33,464 bases of DNA from a virus (lineage: Duplodnaviria > Caudoviricetes), in the IMG/VR virus record IMGVR_UViG_3300022177_000058, positions 1 to 33,464 of that record; one strand, given 5' to 3'. The notes beneath the pieces are model-generated. The model ran no database searches and was not told the origin of the DNA. It worked only from the letters and a program-made list of their open reading frames with translations. The number at the start of each line of letters is the position of its first letter. Position 1 is the first letter of the stretch. This document shows, in pieces, positions 8,633 to 18,501 of the stretch. A program made the translations under genes and the position numbers.

Positions 8633-9933
8633 CGTCTCAACTCCTTCCGAAGTGCATCTTTTACAGTATCGGCGATTCTTCTTGAATCGTAATCATCCTT
8701 GATGTAATTCCCCGACACGTTAATAGTTATATTCCCCATCCCGGCGGTGGCTACTTCTCCCCTAGAAAGGACTCGCTCACCTTTATGGAGCTCAGCCATG
8801 TATCCATCGTATGGTACATATGCGAGGCCAGAAGCGAGCGTTCCGTCCTTCTTGCCTCTCGTAGTTCGTTTTTCTTCTACCTCAAGGGTCTTGGGTTTTG
8901 GCTCTTTGTCGTTCCAAGAGGTCAACCACTCATAGGCTTTTTTAACGGCACCGGTGACTTTTTCGAACACTGTCACAACAGTTTCAATAGTTGCTACTAC
9001 TGCATCAAATACAGTAGATACAATGGCAGATATGGTCGGGAACGAGAATACGATGAAATCCCATAATACTTTTAGAACGGGTTGTACCGCTTCAAATATT
9101 TCCTTCGCTCTTTGTACTGCGCTCCTAACCGCTTCAAATATTTTCCCGGCTACTTCCCTTATTTCGGGCATATGTGCAAGGATCCAATCAAGGAATTTCT
9201 GCAGAACCGGAAGCAGCTCCCCTGCGATGGAAACGAACATCTTCCCACCTGCTTGTTTGACATCGTCTAAGGTGTCGCCGAATTTAACACCAGCGTCTAC
9301 AGCATCCTGCGACATAACAAGACCTAGATCCTCAGCCCGGTCCGTCAGGGCTTTTATGCCGTCCGAACCACCGTCCAGAATTGGCGCAAGGTCGCCATAG
9401 GATTTTCCAAAGATGTCGTTGGCGATGGAGTTTCGTAGATTCTTGTCTTCAAGGTCGGCAAGGTTGTTTAAAACGTCTCTATAAACGTCATCAGATGCTC
9501 TCAAATTGCCATCCGCATCCTTTATGGAGACGCCTAACTTTTCATAGGCGAGAGTGGCAGTTTTGCCCCCTTCTGCGGCATCGTTGAGCGACTTCTGATT
9601 TCTGATCATGGTCTGTTCCAACTTAGATGACTCAATCCCGCTTTGCCCGAAGGCATAGTTGAGTTTCTGCCAGTTCTCCGAAGACGTTCCGGCCCTTCTC
9701 GATGCTTTGTCGATTTCATCGGCTGTGGATGCCACTTTGTTGGCAGCTCCCATCATTGCACCGCCCACAAGCCCGGCCGCCCCTACTACTGCCCCTCCCC
9801 ATTTGGCAGCAGTTTTAATTCCTCCGCCCAGCTTCGAGGCAAGGCCTCCCGCCTTTTGCTCTGTCTTCGAGATGGACTCATTGGCTTTCGCATTGTCCAC
9901 CAATATGGATCCGTATAGTTTGAAAATCTCTAT
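8629..9933 (-). CDS. Tail tape measure protein (short, ~434 aa; start possibly ATA at 9933, alternative TTG at 9948)
   Basis: EIFKLYGSILVD N-terminus, Ala/Gly-rich helical body, C-terminal ASGLAYVPYDGYMAELHKGERVL; follows chaperones. Confidence 0.88.
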   Translation of the reverse strand: MEIFKLYGSILVDNAKANESISKTEQKAGGLASKLGGGIKTAAKWGGAVVGAAGLVGGAMMGAANKVASTADEIDKASRRAGTSSENWQKLNYAFGQSGIESSKLEQTMIRNQKSLNDAAEGGKTATLAYEKLGVSIKDADGNLRASDDVYRDVLNNLADLEDKNLRNSIANDIFGKSYGDLAPILDGGSDGIKALTDRAEDLGLVMSQDAVDAGVKFGDTLDDVKQAGGKMFVSIAGELLPVLQKFLDWILAHMPEIREVAGKIFEAVRSAVQRAKEIFEAVQPVLKVLWDFIVFSFPTISAIVSTVFDAVVATIETVVTVFEKVTGAVKKAYEWLTSWNDKEPKPKTLEVEEKRTTRGKKDGTLASGLAYVPYDGYMAELHKGERVLSRGEVATAGMGNITINVSGNYIKDDYDSRRIADTVKDALRKELRR

Positions 9934-10172
9934 GGCGTCCACCTCCAATCAAGGATTTCCTTCACATCCGCAAGGATCTCCTCTTCTTTTTTAATCGGTC
10001 TTGGTTTTAGCCGTTCCTTGAATTCGTTGAATGACATTTGGCATTGGAAGTCATGAATCCATCTTTGGAAAAGAAGCTCCTCCTCTCGTTTTTGGAGTGC
10101 GTACTCCAGGAGAGAAAGAGCTTCTTCAATGTCAAATTCTTGGATAAACTTATAATCTCCGTACCGGGTCAT
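9930..10172 (-). CDS. Tail assembly chaperone, frameshift (gpT-like) part
   Basis: In -1 frame of upstream chaperone; frame open from slippery site at 10223-10217. Confidence 0.8.
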   Translation of the reverse strand: MTRYGDYKFIQEFDIEEALSLLEYALQKREEELLFQRWIHDFQCQMSFNEFKERLKPRPIKKEEEILADVKEILDWRWTP

Positions 10173-10183
10173 GAGAAGATCGG

Positions 10184-10525
10184 CTACATCTTCCCAATCA
10201 AACCCGACAGAGAATTGAAAAAAACCTTCAGGTTGTTCTCCTTTTCGATGATTTTTAGGTTTGAAACGAATACATCAAGATCCAGTTCCGCAACATCGTC
10301 AGGCGTCATTTCGAAGGGGCCGGCAAGGACCTCATAGAGGGCCCGTTCACTTTTGCTTTCCGCTAGGATTTCAATCAATCCAAGTACGCCTTCAATACCA
10401 AGGTCCTCTGTTGATAATTTGCCTTCTGCGGCCATTTTTATATATGGCTTAATTCCTTCTTTTACTCCAGTTTTTTTAATGACCCGCATAGCGTTAAAAA
10501 CATCAGGCGTTTTTAGTTTTCTCAT
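10184..10525 (-). CDS. Tail assembly chaperone (gpG-like)
   Basis: Between major tail and tape measure genes; slippery heptamer near 3' end. Confidence 0.85.
   Translation of the reverse strand: MRKLKTPDVFNAMRVIKKTGVKEGIKPYIKMAAEGKLSTEDLGIEGVLGLIEILAESKSERALYEVLAGPFEMTPDDVAELDLDVFVSNLKIIEKENNLKVFFNSLSGLIGKM
10217..10223 (-). promoter_or_regulatory. Programmed -1 ribosomal frameshift site T TTT TTC
   Basis: Codons GTT TTT TTC; -1 frame reads FQFSVGFDWEDVADLL into MTRYGDYK. Confidence 0.85.
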
Positions 10526-10527
10526 AA

Positions 10528-11379
10528 TTAATCACCTACCGTTACTGTTACTGCGATATTATTGCCTTTATCCATCAGTAAGGCGAATGCTTTTGCTCCG
10601 CTTGTAAGGGTGCCGAGATACTCTTTTTCAAGCGTCACCGTTCCTGCTCCCAAAGTGAATGCTGTTGAAATCAAATGATCTCCATCAAGAGATACGCCAC
10701 CACAAGTCGCTCCACCAGATGAGGTAATGGTCAGAACGATATCAGCTGCAGCAGCCTTGCTAAAGTCGTGTGTGGCCAAATCAACTGTATTAGTGATAGC
10801 CTTTGGATAGTAGATATCGAATGGAGGCTTGTCAAGGTTCGTGTCCTCATAGTGCCCGGTAAATGTCAGCGCCAGAACCGCTTCGGCTTTGTCTGCCACG
10901 TTTACGGTCAGTCCGTTGGTGTTCAGAGCGTTATATACCTGGATGATAACAGGGTCATTGGTCCCAGATAGTTTTCCAACCCAGGTAATGTTGTCAATGT
11001 AGTCCGTTAACAGGATCTCGTTCTTGGCCGAGACGATATCATAATCCGCACTGGTGGTCGTGTCTACCGAGGATGCGGCCAATGCTGCCTGAATGGTAGA
11101 CCTCTTGACCTCTTTTACATTGGCAGTCAGTGTAACGATCCACTCATCAATGACTTCCATTCCTTTGGCGGGCCCCTTGACTCCATCCACTTCAACTTTA
11201 CGAATGGTCGGTATGGCGGCGAAGTTTCCACCTCCCTGCGTGGCCCCCAGCAGCTTCCCTGCCGCTACGGCGGATTCGAACGTGTCCGTTCCGACATAAA
11301 AATTTTTAAAAAATGCGCCTGCATCCAGAAGCAGGCTTTTAGGTGTTTCGGCTGTATACCCGGAATATGTTTTTTTCAT
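10528..11379 (-). CDS. Major tail protein with C-terminal X2/Ig-like domain
   Basis: LLLDAGAFFKN..LGATQGG tail-tube motif; C-terminal DFSK..ADIVLT..GTVTLEKEYLGTL..VTVTVGD. Confidence 0.85.
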   Translation of the reverse strand: MKKTYSGYTAETPKSLLLDAGAFFKNFYVGTDTFESAVAAGKLLGATQGGGNFAAIPTIRKVEVDGVKGPAKGMEVIDEWIVTLTANVKEVKRSTIQAALAASSVDTTTSADYDIVSAKNEILLTDYIDNITWVGKLSGTNDPVIIQVYNALNTNGLTVNVADKAEAVLALTFTGHYEDTNLDKPPFDIYYPKAITNTVDLATHDFSKAAAADIVLTITSSGGATCGGVSLDGDHLISTAFTLGAGTVTLEKEYLGTLTSGAKAFALLMDKGNNIAVTVTVGD

Positions 11380-11382
11380 GGA

Positions 11383-11760
11383 TTATTCTCCTTTCAATTC
11401 GTGAAGATGTACCTCGAAGAGAATCCGTCTCCTGATTATCTTTTTGTCCTCTTCCTTGACCGTCTCCCGACGATTTTTATAGGTTGAAAACTGAATCTCA
11501 TCATTTATAAAGTGGTAGTTGTGGAATATTGTCTGAACACCATCTGCAATATCTTCGATCTGGCCTGTATCGCTTCCATATCCGATCACGTTTGTTTCAA
11601 GCTGTAGAATGGTTTTACCGTCATTGTGGGACAGTTCGCTCAACTCAAATACAATGTGTGGATATTTCCCGGATTCGTCTGCTTTTTCGTAATAAACATT
11701 AGGTGTCACGGTTTTGAGATATCTTTGAATTTCCCTTCTCAATGCTTTTGTTTTACTCAC
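11383..11760 (-). CDS. Tail terminator/completion protein
   Basis: VYYEKA..YPHIVF motif; position before major tail gene; GTG start after AAGGTGGT. Confidence 0.75.
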   Translation of the reverse strand: MSKTKALRREIQRYLKTVTPNVYYEKADESGKYPHIVFELSELSHNDGKTILQLETNVIGYGSDTGQIEDIADGVQTIFHNYHFINDEIQFSTYKNRRETVKEEDKKIIRRRILFEVHLHELKGE

Positions 11761-12184
11761 CAGTACCACCTTCTTTCTCATCTTCGCTTATCAGCGACAA
11801 GGCCCTGGCTTCATCTTCAAGCGCCGAAAGGTATTGGCTTTCAATCGTTATTATCGTCTGAATATTATCTGCCACAGAATTAAAAAGCGCCCCGATTTTG
11901 GGCGTTTTCTCAGTACCAATCTCTTGGAATAGTCCGTAAAAACCTCCTGGCTTAAAACCTACCTGCAGGTCTGCATCTTTTTTTCTAACCCAATATTGAG
12001 TATTTTTTGCAAGTCTCCCGGTCTTTCGCGCGATCTGTTTTCGAGTTTCCTTCGAGATGTATTTACCGATATCCTTTAGCGCTGCCCTCGACAGCTCCTC
12101 AATGGTGTATTGCACCTTGTCAACGGACGATTCAAAAGTCACTCCGTCTTTTTTTATTTTAATTACTGATTTTGGCATCGGCAC
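11753..12184 (-). CDS. HK97 gp10-like neck protein
   Basis: KTGRLAK, FYGLFQEIGT motifs. Confidence 0.8.
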   Translation of the reverse strand: MPMPKSVIKIKKDGVTFESSVDKVQYTIEELSRAALKDIGKYISKETRKQIARKTGRLAKNTQYWVRKKDADLQVGFKPGGFYGLFQEIGTEKTPKIGALFNSVADNIQTIITIESQYLSALEDEARALSLISEDEKEGGTGE

Positions 12185-12499
12185 TTATATCACCACCTCG
12201 CAAAGCAACGACAAGGCGTCGAACTCGCTTTCGTCTTTGGCATTAATCGGCAACACATCGATCACGTTATACCTTTCGTTGCTGTGTTCTATAGTCTTTT
12301 CGCCCTCATACTCATGCCGGTTTATTGCAAATGTTATGGACGGTTTAAGGCCGCTCGACAATGCCTCATAGTAGTTTTTATTTCTAAAAGTTACAACCGC
12401 CGCAAGAACCGTTCTTTTTGTTTCAGTGGCAATGACATCTCCGATATCATTTGTCGTGCCTGGCTCTTTAATTAAAGAAATCTCGTAATCATACGTCAT
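12185..12499 (-). CDS. Head closure (SPP1 gp16-like) protein
   Basis: NDIGD, YYEA..GLKP, EYEGE..YNVI motifs; position. Confidence 0.8.
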   Translation of the reverse strand: MTYDYEISLIKEPGTTNDIGDVIATETKRTVLAAVVTFRNKNYYEALSSGLKPSITFAINRHEYEGEKTIEHSNERYNVIDVLPINAKDESEFDALSLLCEVVI

Positions 12500-12773
12500 C
12501 AACAACACCCCTCGCATTTATATAGAGCGAATGAAGTCGGTACTGCAAATGCCGTGGCAAACCAGTGTTGCCGTCCCTGTTTTGATACCGCCATACGGAA
12601 TAATCTACTACGAACATAATATGATTAGGGCTGGCACTATCAAGCGCCAGCCCCTTTTCATTCTGTAATTCGTCAATCACTCCATCGATGATGGCGGTCA
12701 GAAGAGCATCCCGCACAGCTGTCGAAATCCCTATCTTTGCTTTAACAAGCGTCAATATTTCTGTTGTATTCAT
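12489..12773 (-). CDS. Head-tail connector (HK97 gp6-like)
   Basis: LVKAKIGIST..RDALL, WRYQNR motifs; follows capsid. Confidence 0.8.
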   Translation of the reverse strand: MNTTEILTLVKAKIGISTAVRDALLTAIIDGVIDELQNEKGLALDSASPNHIMFVVDYSVWRYQNRDGNTGLPRHLQYRLHSLYINARGVVDDV

Positions 12774-12796
12774 CTGCCGCCCTCCCTGTCAGGTCA

Positions 12797-14488
12797 CTAC
12801 GCCTTTGGTACGGATACTGCTTTACCGGATTTGATTGCCTTCTTGCTTCCATCAAGCTCAACAACGGTGATCATCTTGCCAGCGGCTGCGGTGATCTGGG
12901 TCGTTCCTGAAGCAAGATCGGTGTATCCTGTAACTGCCTGTCCGCAAGATATAGTGTGGTCCCCAATCTTGTACTTCAGTGTGGTTCCAGATGCCTCAGT
13001 TCCAGTCACCGTAAGAACGGTGTCTCCCGATTCAGTGCCAGCCGCAGCGATCACTCCAAGAACTCCGAGATCGGTATTGGCGTAATCAATCGGGAAGGCG
13101 CTCGTGGTAGCCGCATCGGTGTTATCGAAGCTGACCATGACAAACGCTTCACCAAATACCGGCATTCCGTCGTATCGGGCATATCCTCGGAATCCCGTCA
13201 GCATTTCCTTGAACCGCGCCTGATCTGAAGAGTCAACTTTTGACCCCGCACGCTCTGCGAGCGTATAAACGGATCCGTACCCACCAACAATTTCATTATC
13301 GCCCATCATTTCAATTTCTTCGATGGCGCCTCCGATAATGGGCATCTGATTGTTGACCCCGGCCACAAGGGCTGCTGCCGCATCAAAAGCCAGTGCTTTT
13401 GTCATCAGTTTGATGTGTGTCTTGCGATTCATGGCCCAGAATACTTTTCCGTCGGAATAATCCGGCTTTGCCACTCCAAGCGCTCCTATCAGTGATGCGA
13501 AGAAGGTTGCTCCGGTTGTTCCGTCTATATTCAGTTTTAAGACATTACTGGTGTGCAGGTCCGTCCATGCGGGAGCATAAGTTCCCCAATCAGAAGGAGC
13601 AGATGTCTGAGCCAGTCTTGTTATGATGCCAACCGGCATCTTGACGCCCGTTCCGAACAGAATCGCTCTGTCAATACCTTTGCCAATCGCCTGTCCAAGT
13701 TGTGCCATGATTTCAGCGCCAAGCGCTTCATCGCTGTCTTCAAGCAGCGCATTCGGGACCCAAATGATCCCGCCAACCATAAACCCATCGACTTCAATCT
13801 GATTGAACGCCATATCGAGGTCATTTAGAGCTCCAGTTGCTTCCATCCAAACACCTTCAGGTACGGTGCCGATGATGTTCTGCCTGGCTGTTCCACCGAC
13901 GGACTTTACATTAACGTATTTTACCAGCTTGCTGTATTTCTCCATATTGTTGCGCAAAATTTCAAGCACAACATCGGGAATTGTCAGGGCCCCATTTGCC
14001 ACATTCCTGGTCTTGATCGATCTCACTTCTCCGATAAATCCCTTGACGTCATCGCGGGCGAAAAATCTGTCTCGTTCCTCTTTGCTCATACCGAAAAATT
14101 TAACTCTCGTTTCCATTCTTGCTTCACCTTTCCTTTCATCTTTTTTCGGCTCAGCCGGAGGCGTTGCCGCTTTTTTGTTGATATCTTCCAGTTCATCTGA
14201 CAGCTTTTTGATTTCATCTTCTAATTTGCCTTTTTCGGCATCGTGACCGGCTTCCTCTTCCTTGAGGGCTTCCTGCTGTCCCTCGAACTCGGCAACCGCA
14301 TCGTCCACGACTTTTTTGTCGTCGTCCGAGGTTTCGTCACTTACCTCCGCAACTGCCGCTTCAAGCTCAGCTTCCCGTGTCTTGAGCGCCGCCTTGCGAG
14401 TTTCGAAGTCCGCTTCTTTTTCTCTAAGAGTTTCAAGTTTTGCCCTCAACCCTTCGATTTTCTTTGTCAGTAACAATTGTCTAAGCAT
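12797..14488 (-). CDS. Major capsid protein (HK97 family) with long charged N-terminal scaffold-like region and C-terminal beta-rich extension
   Basis: LTIP, ALLEDS, AILFGTG..MPVGI, RYDG.PV motifs; follows prohead protease. Confidence 0.93.
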   Translation of the reverse strand: MLRQLLLTKKIEGLRAKLETLREKEADFETRKAALKTREAELEAAVAEVSDETSDDDKKVVDDAVAEFEGQQEALKEEEAGHDAEKGKLEDEIKKLSDELEDINKKAATPPAEPKKDERKGEARMETRVKFFGMSKEERDRFFARDDVKGFIGEVRSIKTRNVANGALTIPDVVLEILRNNMEKYSKLVKYVNVKSVGGTARQNIIGTVPEGVWMEATGALNDLDMAFNQIEVDGFMVGGIIWVPNALLEDSDEALGAEIMAQLGQAIGKGIDRAILFGTGVKMPVGIITRLAQTSAPSDWGTYAPAWTDLHTSNVLKLNIDGTTGATFFASLIGALGVAKPDYSDGKVFWAMNRKTHIKLMTKALAFDAAAALVAGVNNQMPIIGGAIEEIEMMGDNEIVGGYGSVYTLAERAGSKVDSSDQARFKEMLTGFRGYARYDGMPVFGEAFVMVSFDNTDAATTSAFPIDYANTDLGVLGVIAAAGTESGDTVLTVTGTEASGTTLKYKIGDHTISCGQAVTGYTDLASGTTQITAAAGKMITVVELDGSKKAIKSGKAVSVPKA

Positions 14489-15053
14489 TTCTTAGCCTCC
14501 CTTTCATTCTTTCCTTCCATTCCTGCGTCTGCCTTGCCCTGATCTGCTCAAAGTCTTTTTTCCTCGCAGACACCGACGTATCTTCATAGGCAGGGAACGT
14601 ACAGACCGACACTTCGTACAACTTGACCTTCTTTATGGTCCAGTGGACCGTTCCATCCTGTCTGTATTCAACCTCTTCATCCAGGATCTCAAAGCCAAAC
14701 GAGCACTGATCAACATCGCCGCGCTGCACCCTCGAATAAAGGTTCGTGGCATCACCGTCTTCCTGATTAACCTTGATCCGGCCCCATAGCCCTCTGCTTT
14801 CTACTCTTAGGTCTAGCGTGTTCGCTTTATTCCTTCCGAGTACCAACCTCGTTTCGTGATCGATAAGCGCCCTGATGTCGTCTGACAATGCGCCATCAAA
14901 TGCATGTTCGTCAATACTTTCGGTCGCTCCTGGCCACAGCTCATACGTGCTGCCAAATACCGCAAAATAACCCTCGATGTATTTATCCTCCCCGCTCTGC
15001 TCTGCTCGGAATTCCGTAGCATGGCTGCGTGTTTGCATCACATCCCTTTTAAT
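14481..15053 (-). CDS. HK97-family prohead protease (start uncertain: ATT 15053, upstream GTG, or ATG 15038)
   Basis: IEGYFAVF, LIDHE..LGR, QCSFGF, LYEVSVCTFPAY motifs. Confidence 0.92.
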   Translation of the reverse strand: MKRDVMQTRSHATEFRAEQSGEDKYIEGYFAVFGSTYELWPGATESIDEHAFDGALSDDIRALIDHETRLVLGRNKANTLDLRVESRGLWGRIKVNQEDGDATNLYSRVQRGDVDQCSFGFEILDEEVEYRQDGTVHWTIKKVKLYEVSVCTFPAYEDTSVSARKKDFEQIRARQTQEWKERMKGRLRNA

Positions 15054-15108
15054 TGTCCTCACCTCCTCTGTTCCCTCAAAATCAATGGCATGCATTATCC
15101 CGGCCACA

Positions 15109-16296
15109 TCACCCACCACCTTTTAATTTTGCCTGATCACCGAGTTTGTCTGCCGGGATAAAGTTTTCAAGCGCCAGCAGTTCTTCCATTTCATCATCTG
15201 GCGTCATTCCAATCCACGCTCTCCACTCGTTGCGTCTCATGGCCATGCGGTCAACCATGGCGCTTCCGATATCCTTAACCTCAGTAAGGCTATAGCTGTA
15301 CAGACTCCTGGGGTTCAGCCACCAGTAATGATCGGGGGCGTACAGAAGCCCTCGCGTCAGTTCCTGCTGAATAACTTGTGCCATCGATAGAATCTCTGCG
15401 CCAATAAATTTGTTGTATTCCTCCTTGTCGAAATTTCCCACCCCAACCAAAAAAGGTGGCATACGGAAAATTCCAGCGACTGTCCTTTTATCAATTTCTA
15501 AATTCTTCGCAAGGGCCAGGTCGTTTAGTGTGAGCGGCTTTACCTCCTTGATGTCAAACGCTTCCGCAGGGATGAACCAGGGGCGGCCATTCTCGGAAGA
15601 GTCAATGAACTGCGACCCCAACTTATTCCGTCCTTCAACGCTTGCAAATTCTTCGGTAAGTCCGTCCACCTTGACTATGATTGATGGCGATGGACTTTCA
15701 AGCAGCGCCTTTTTTGTCGCGCCGGCTTGTTTGATTCCGGCAATAACATCTTTGAGCACTGTTTTATATCCTGTGCCAATCCATGGACGCTCCGGATCAG
15801 GGTTTATTACGAAGTGCAGCACTTCATCTAGCGTGAATGTTTTATCGCCGTATTTGATGGCGTATCCAGCAGCCGTGTCCGCGAACTGCACCCTGGATGG
15901 CTTTAGCGGCACAAGGTCGTCAAGCATCCCGTCCACCGTAAATCTCGGATAAGTGACTTGGTTTCCGTCACCCGATAGCATCAAGGTCCACACAATGTTA
16001 TAGATGAACGCCTTCCTTGTCTTGATCAGCCGGTTAGGCTCAATATCCATTTTCCGGGACAACGCATTTCTGACCCTGACATCGCCCTTATCTGTGTTCC
16101 GCATCAGATAGATTGTCATGTTTGAAATTAGATCCGCATACGCATGTACGCACATTCGGACTTCTGGACAATCCGCAAGCCTTGTATAACTGTTTGTCGT
16201 CAATAAGTTGAACGCTTCCGGCGAGCATAACCACGACGTACATCGTTTGTCAGGGGCATCCCTGCTCTGTGCTAGTTGTTTCTTTTTTTTACTCAT
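15109..16296 (-). CDS. Portal protein (HK97 family)
   Basis: [27 protein letters not shown] motifs; ATGA overlap with terL. Confidence 0.92.
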   Translation of the reverse strand: MSKKKKQLAQSRDAPDKRCTSWLCSPEAFNLLTTNSYTRLADCPEVRMCVHAYADLISNMTIYLMRNTDKGDVRVRNALSRKMDIEPNRLIKTRKAFIYNIVWTLMLSGDGNQVTYPRFTVDGMLDDLVPLKPSRVQFADTAAGYAIKYGDKTFTLDEVLHFVINPDPERPWIGTGYKTVLKDVIAGIKQAGATKKALLESPSPSIIVKVDGLTEEFASVEGRNKLGSQFIDSSENGRPWFIPAEAFDIKEVKPLTLNDLALAKNLEIDKRTVAGIFRMPPFLVGVGNFDKEEYNKFIGAEILSMAQVIQQELTRGLLYAPDHYWWLNPRSLYSYSLTEVKDIGSAMVDRMAMRRNEWRAWIGMTPDDEMEELLALENFIPADKLGDQAKLKGGG

Positions 16297-18065
16297 TCCA
16301 TCCACCCCTTTGCTTTCTCTGATTTTTCAAGATTTTCAAGCATTCTGCAGCATGCAAATACTGCAGCATCAAAAACATCTATCCTGTGTTCCGGTTCAAC
16401 TTTTTCATACTGGACCATGTCATCTGTCTTTTCGATGGCCCTCACGTTCGATACGCAATATTCAAATGGTTCTGCGCCCAGGTAGCAAAGATTTCCGTTT
16501 TTCATCTTTGTCTCAATGCGCCTGAACCCTTCCGACTTTCGCCAATAATATTGCGGCTGGTCAATTATTTGAAAACCAGCTTGCTTCATTCCGATAAAAT
16601 ATTCCCGGCAGAATTTTCTGTCGTGGCCAACCTGAATAATTTTAAATCCAAACTTTTTCGCATACTTAAACCATTCGACGATTTCAGCATGGTTGACGGT
16701 TGGACTATTTGACATGTTCAGCCAGCCATCGTCTTTCCATCCAAAGAGCGGAATTCCGTCCTCTTCAGCCTTGATATGCGCCGCTACTATCGGAAACCAG
16801 CAATGCGGGATGATGATATCCATATCCTTGTATGTTCCGTATAGTGCCGCTGCCGTCAAGTCGTGCATCCTCGACAAATCTGCTCCTCCAAACCATTTGA
16901 TTGGCAGTCTCGCGATTGCGGCCAGCTTCTTATCAATGGGCAGCCCTCTAATCCCAAGCTTCTCCTCGCATTTCCGGTTCGATAGTTCGAATTCGACCGT
17001 ATTGAAATAGGCTTTCATCGCTGAAGTGTATACATTCAGGCTCTTTGCAAGGAAATCTTTCCTTTGCTGCGGATCATTTTGGGCCTGCTGTGCATCGTTC
17101 ATGATGTCAGTGGGCCTGATCGTCACACCGTAGGACGGGTTGGCTTTTTCGTGCTGGATCGGGTTCGTATAGTCAACATTTCCCTCTTCATCTTCGTCTG
17201 CCTTGCAGATAAAAATAAAATAGGCATCATCCTTGACGAGTCCGCTTAAAACCTTCTGGCAATACTTCAATCGTTGGTAGCAAAAGCTTACAGTTTTATC
17301 TCCGGCGGTGGTGATGCCGATTACCAGCTTATTCGTGTATGCTTTGGTAGCCTCTTTCAAAATGTTGTATTGCTTCGGAGACTTGTATGCGTGGATTTCG
17401 TCTGCGATTACGATGTTGCAGTTAAAGCTGTCTTGGGCATCTGGGTTGCCAGCCAGAGCTTCAAGGTGGAGCGAACCTCCATCAAGATCGTTGTGAGATA
17501 TACTGTGCTCCATGTTGTTGTCCAAGATCCTCCAACCATCATCCTGGGCCGACTTTTTATCCGGATACAGAACGCTGTTTAGGTTGTAGTCCCAATTCTC
17601 ATAGCTTTTCATCGCCTCCTTCAGTACTGCTCCGACAACGTACACCGTAGATCCACTCATGCGCTCAAGTATCCCAAGCGCCCAGGCTAATGCTGATACA
17701 AAGATCGTCTTGCCGTTTTTCCTCGGAACAAAAATGAACGCCTCTTTTACGCGACGTTCGATTGTTCCTGGTATATAAAAAATCAAGATTCCGTAGACGA
17801 CAAACTTTTCCCAAGGTTCCAACAAAAACGGCTGTCCTCGGAGAGGCGTGCCGTCCAGTGCCTGGCCTTGCCGGTGTTTGAATGTGTTTTCTATGATTCC
17901 GATTACGAAATCCGCATCTTTTGTTCGGATCTCCCAATTCCCCGAAGCTATGTCATCAAGAAACCTTTGGCAGCCTTTTATCCTGTCTTCTCCCGCGACA
18001 ATGGATCCGTTTACAGTGCCCTCCGCATAGGCCAAGACTTCCGTCGCGTATTTCCCGCTAATCAT
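16293..18065 (-). CDS. terL: Terminase large subunit
   Basis: Walker A PRKNGKT, Walker B VIADEIH, ITTAG, ANPS, GADLS..DLT, RID nuclease motifs. Confidence 0.96.
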   Translation of the reverse strand: MISGKYATEVLAYAEGTVNGSIVAGEDRIKGCQRFLDDIASGNWEIRTKDADFVIGIIENTFKHRQGQALDGTPLRGQPFLLEPWEKFVVYGILIFYIPGTIERRVKEAFIFVPRKNGKTIFVSALAWALGILERMSGSTVYVVGAVLKEAMKSYENWDYNLNSVLYPDKKSAQDDGWRILDNNMEHSISHNDLDGGSLHLEALAGNPDAQDSFNCNIVIADEIHAYKSPKQYNILKEATKAYTNKLVIGITTAGDKTVSFCYQRLKYCQKVLSGLVKDDAYFIFICKADEDEEGNVDYTNPIQHEKANPSYGVTIRPTDIMNDAQQAQNDPQQRKDFLAKSLNVYTSAMKAYFNTVEFELSNRKCEEKLGIRGLPIDKKLAAIARLPIKWFGGADLSRMHDLTAAALYGTYKDMDIIIPHCWFPIVAAHIKAEEDGIPLFGWKDDGWLNMSNSPTVNHAEIVEWFKYAKKFGFKIIQVGHDRKFCREYFIGMKQAGFQIIDQPQYYWRKSEGFRRIETKMKNGNLCYLGAEPFEYCVSNVRAIEKTDDMVQYEKVEPEHRIDVFDAAVFACCRMLENLEKSEKAKGWME

Positions 18066-18412
18066 TTCGATGCAGCTTTAAGTGCCTCCGACAATGCACT
18101 GACCTTTTTCTTTTTGAATGCGCCATCGTCAGCTTTTAGCAGTCCCTGCGGAGTGAGACCTAACTGGGAAGCATATGCTAATATATCTTTTCTTAACGAT
18201 TCAATCGTAGTAACTATAGGTGCTTTCTTAGAACCTTGAGCTGTGGATTCTGAGTATTCGTATCCTGAGTCCTCAAATTCTTTGAGCAGGACTTCGTGTT
18301 GGTCTAAAAGTCGCGAATAAATCTCGATAATCGGTTCAAATTCCGGCTTATAAATTCCAAGTTTTTCCATCGACTCACGCGCGCGATTAATTGATGTTTT
18401 TTTTCGTCCCAT
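18062..18412 (-). CDS. terS: Terminase small subunit (P27-like)
   Basis: KAPIV..QLGLTP motif; GGAGG SD; overlaps terL start. Confidence 0.9.
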   Translation of the reverse strand: MGRKKTSINRARESMEKLGIYKPEFEPIIEIYSRLLDQHEVLLKEFEDSGYEYSESTAQGSKKAPIVTTIESLRKDILAYASQLGLTPQGLLKADDGAFKKKKVSALSEALKAASK

Positions 18413-18445
18413 GCCGCCAAATCCTCCTCTCATATTTTTTTCCAA

Positions 18446-18501
18446 AATTCACCGGAGAGGGAAGTAGTCACCCCCACCGGTCCTTTGCAGCTCACACGAA
18501 A
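18446..18501 (-). other. Candidate cos (cohesive end) region
   Basis: GC-rich GGACCGGTGGGGGTGAC between HNH and terS, the usual cos location in HNH-terS-terL phages; exact nick not determinable. Confidence 0.5.

Noticed and set aside
2316-18239. Numerous plus-strand ORFs across the late region
   Set aside because: Antisense shadows of well-supported minus-strand phage genes
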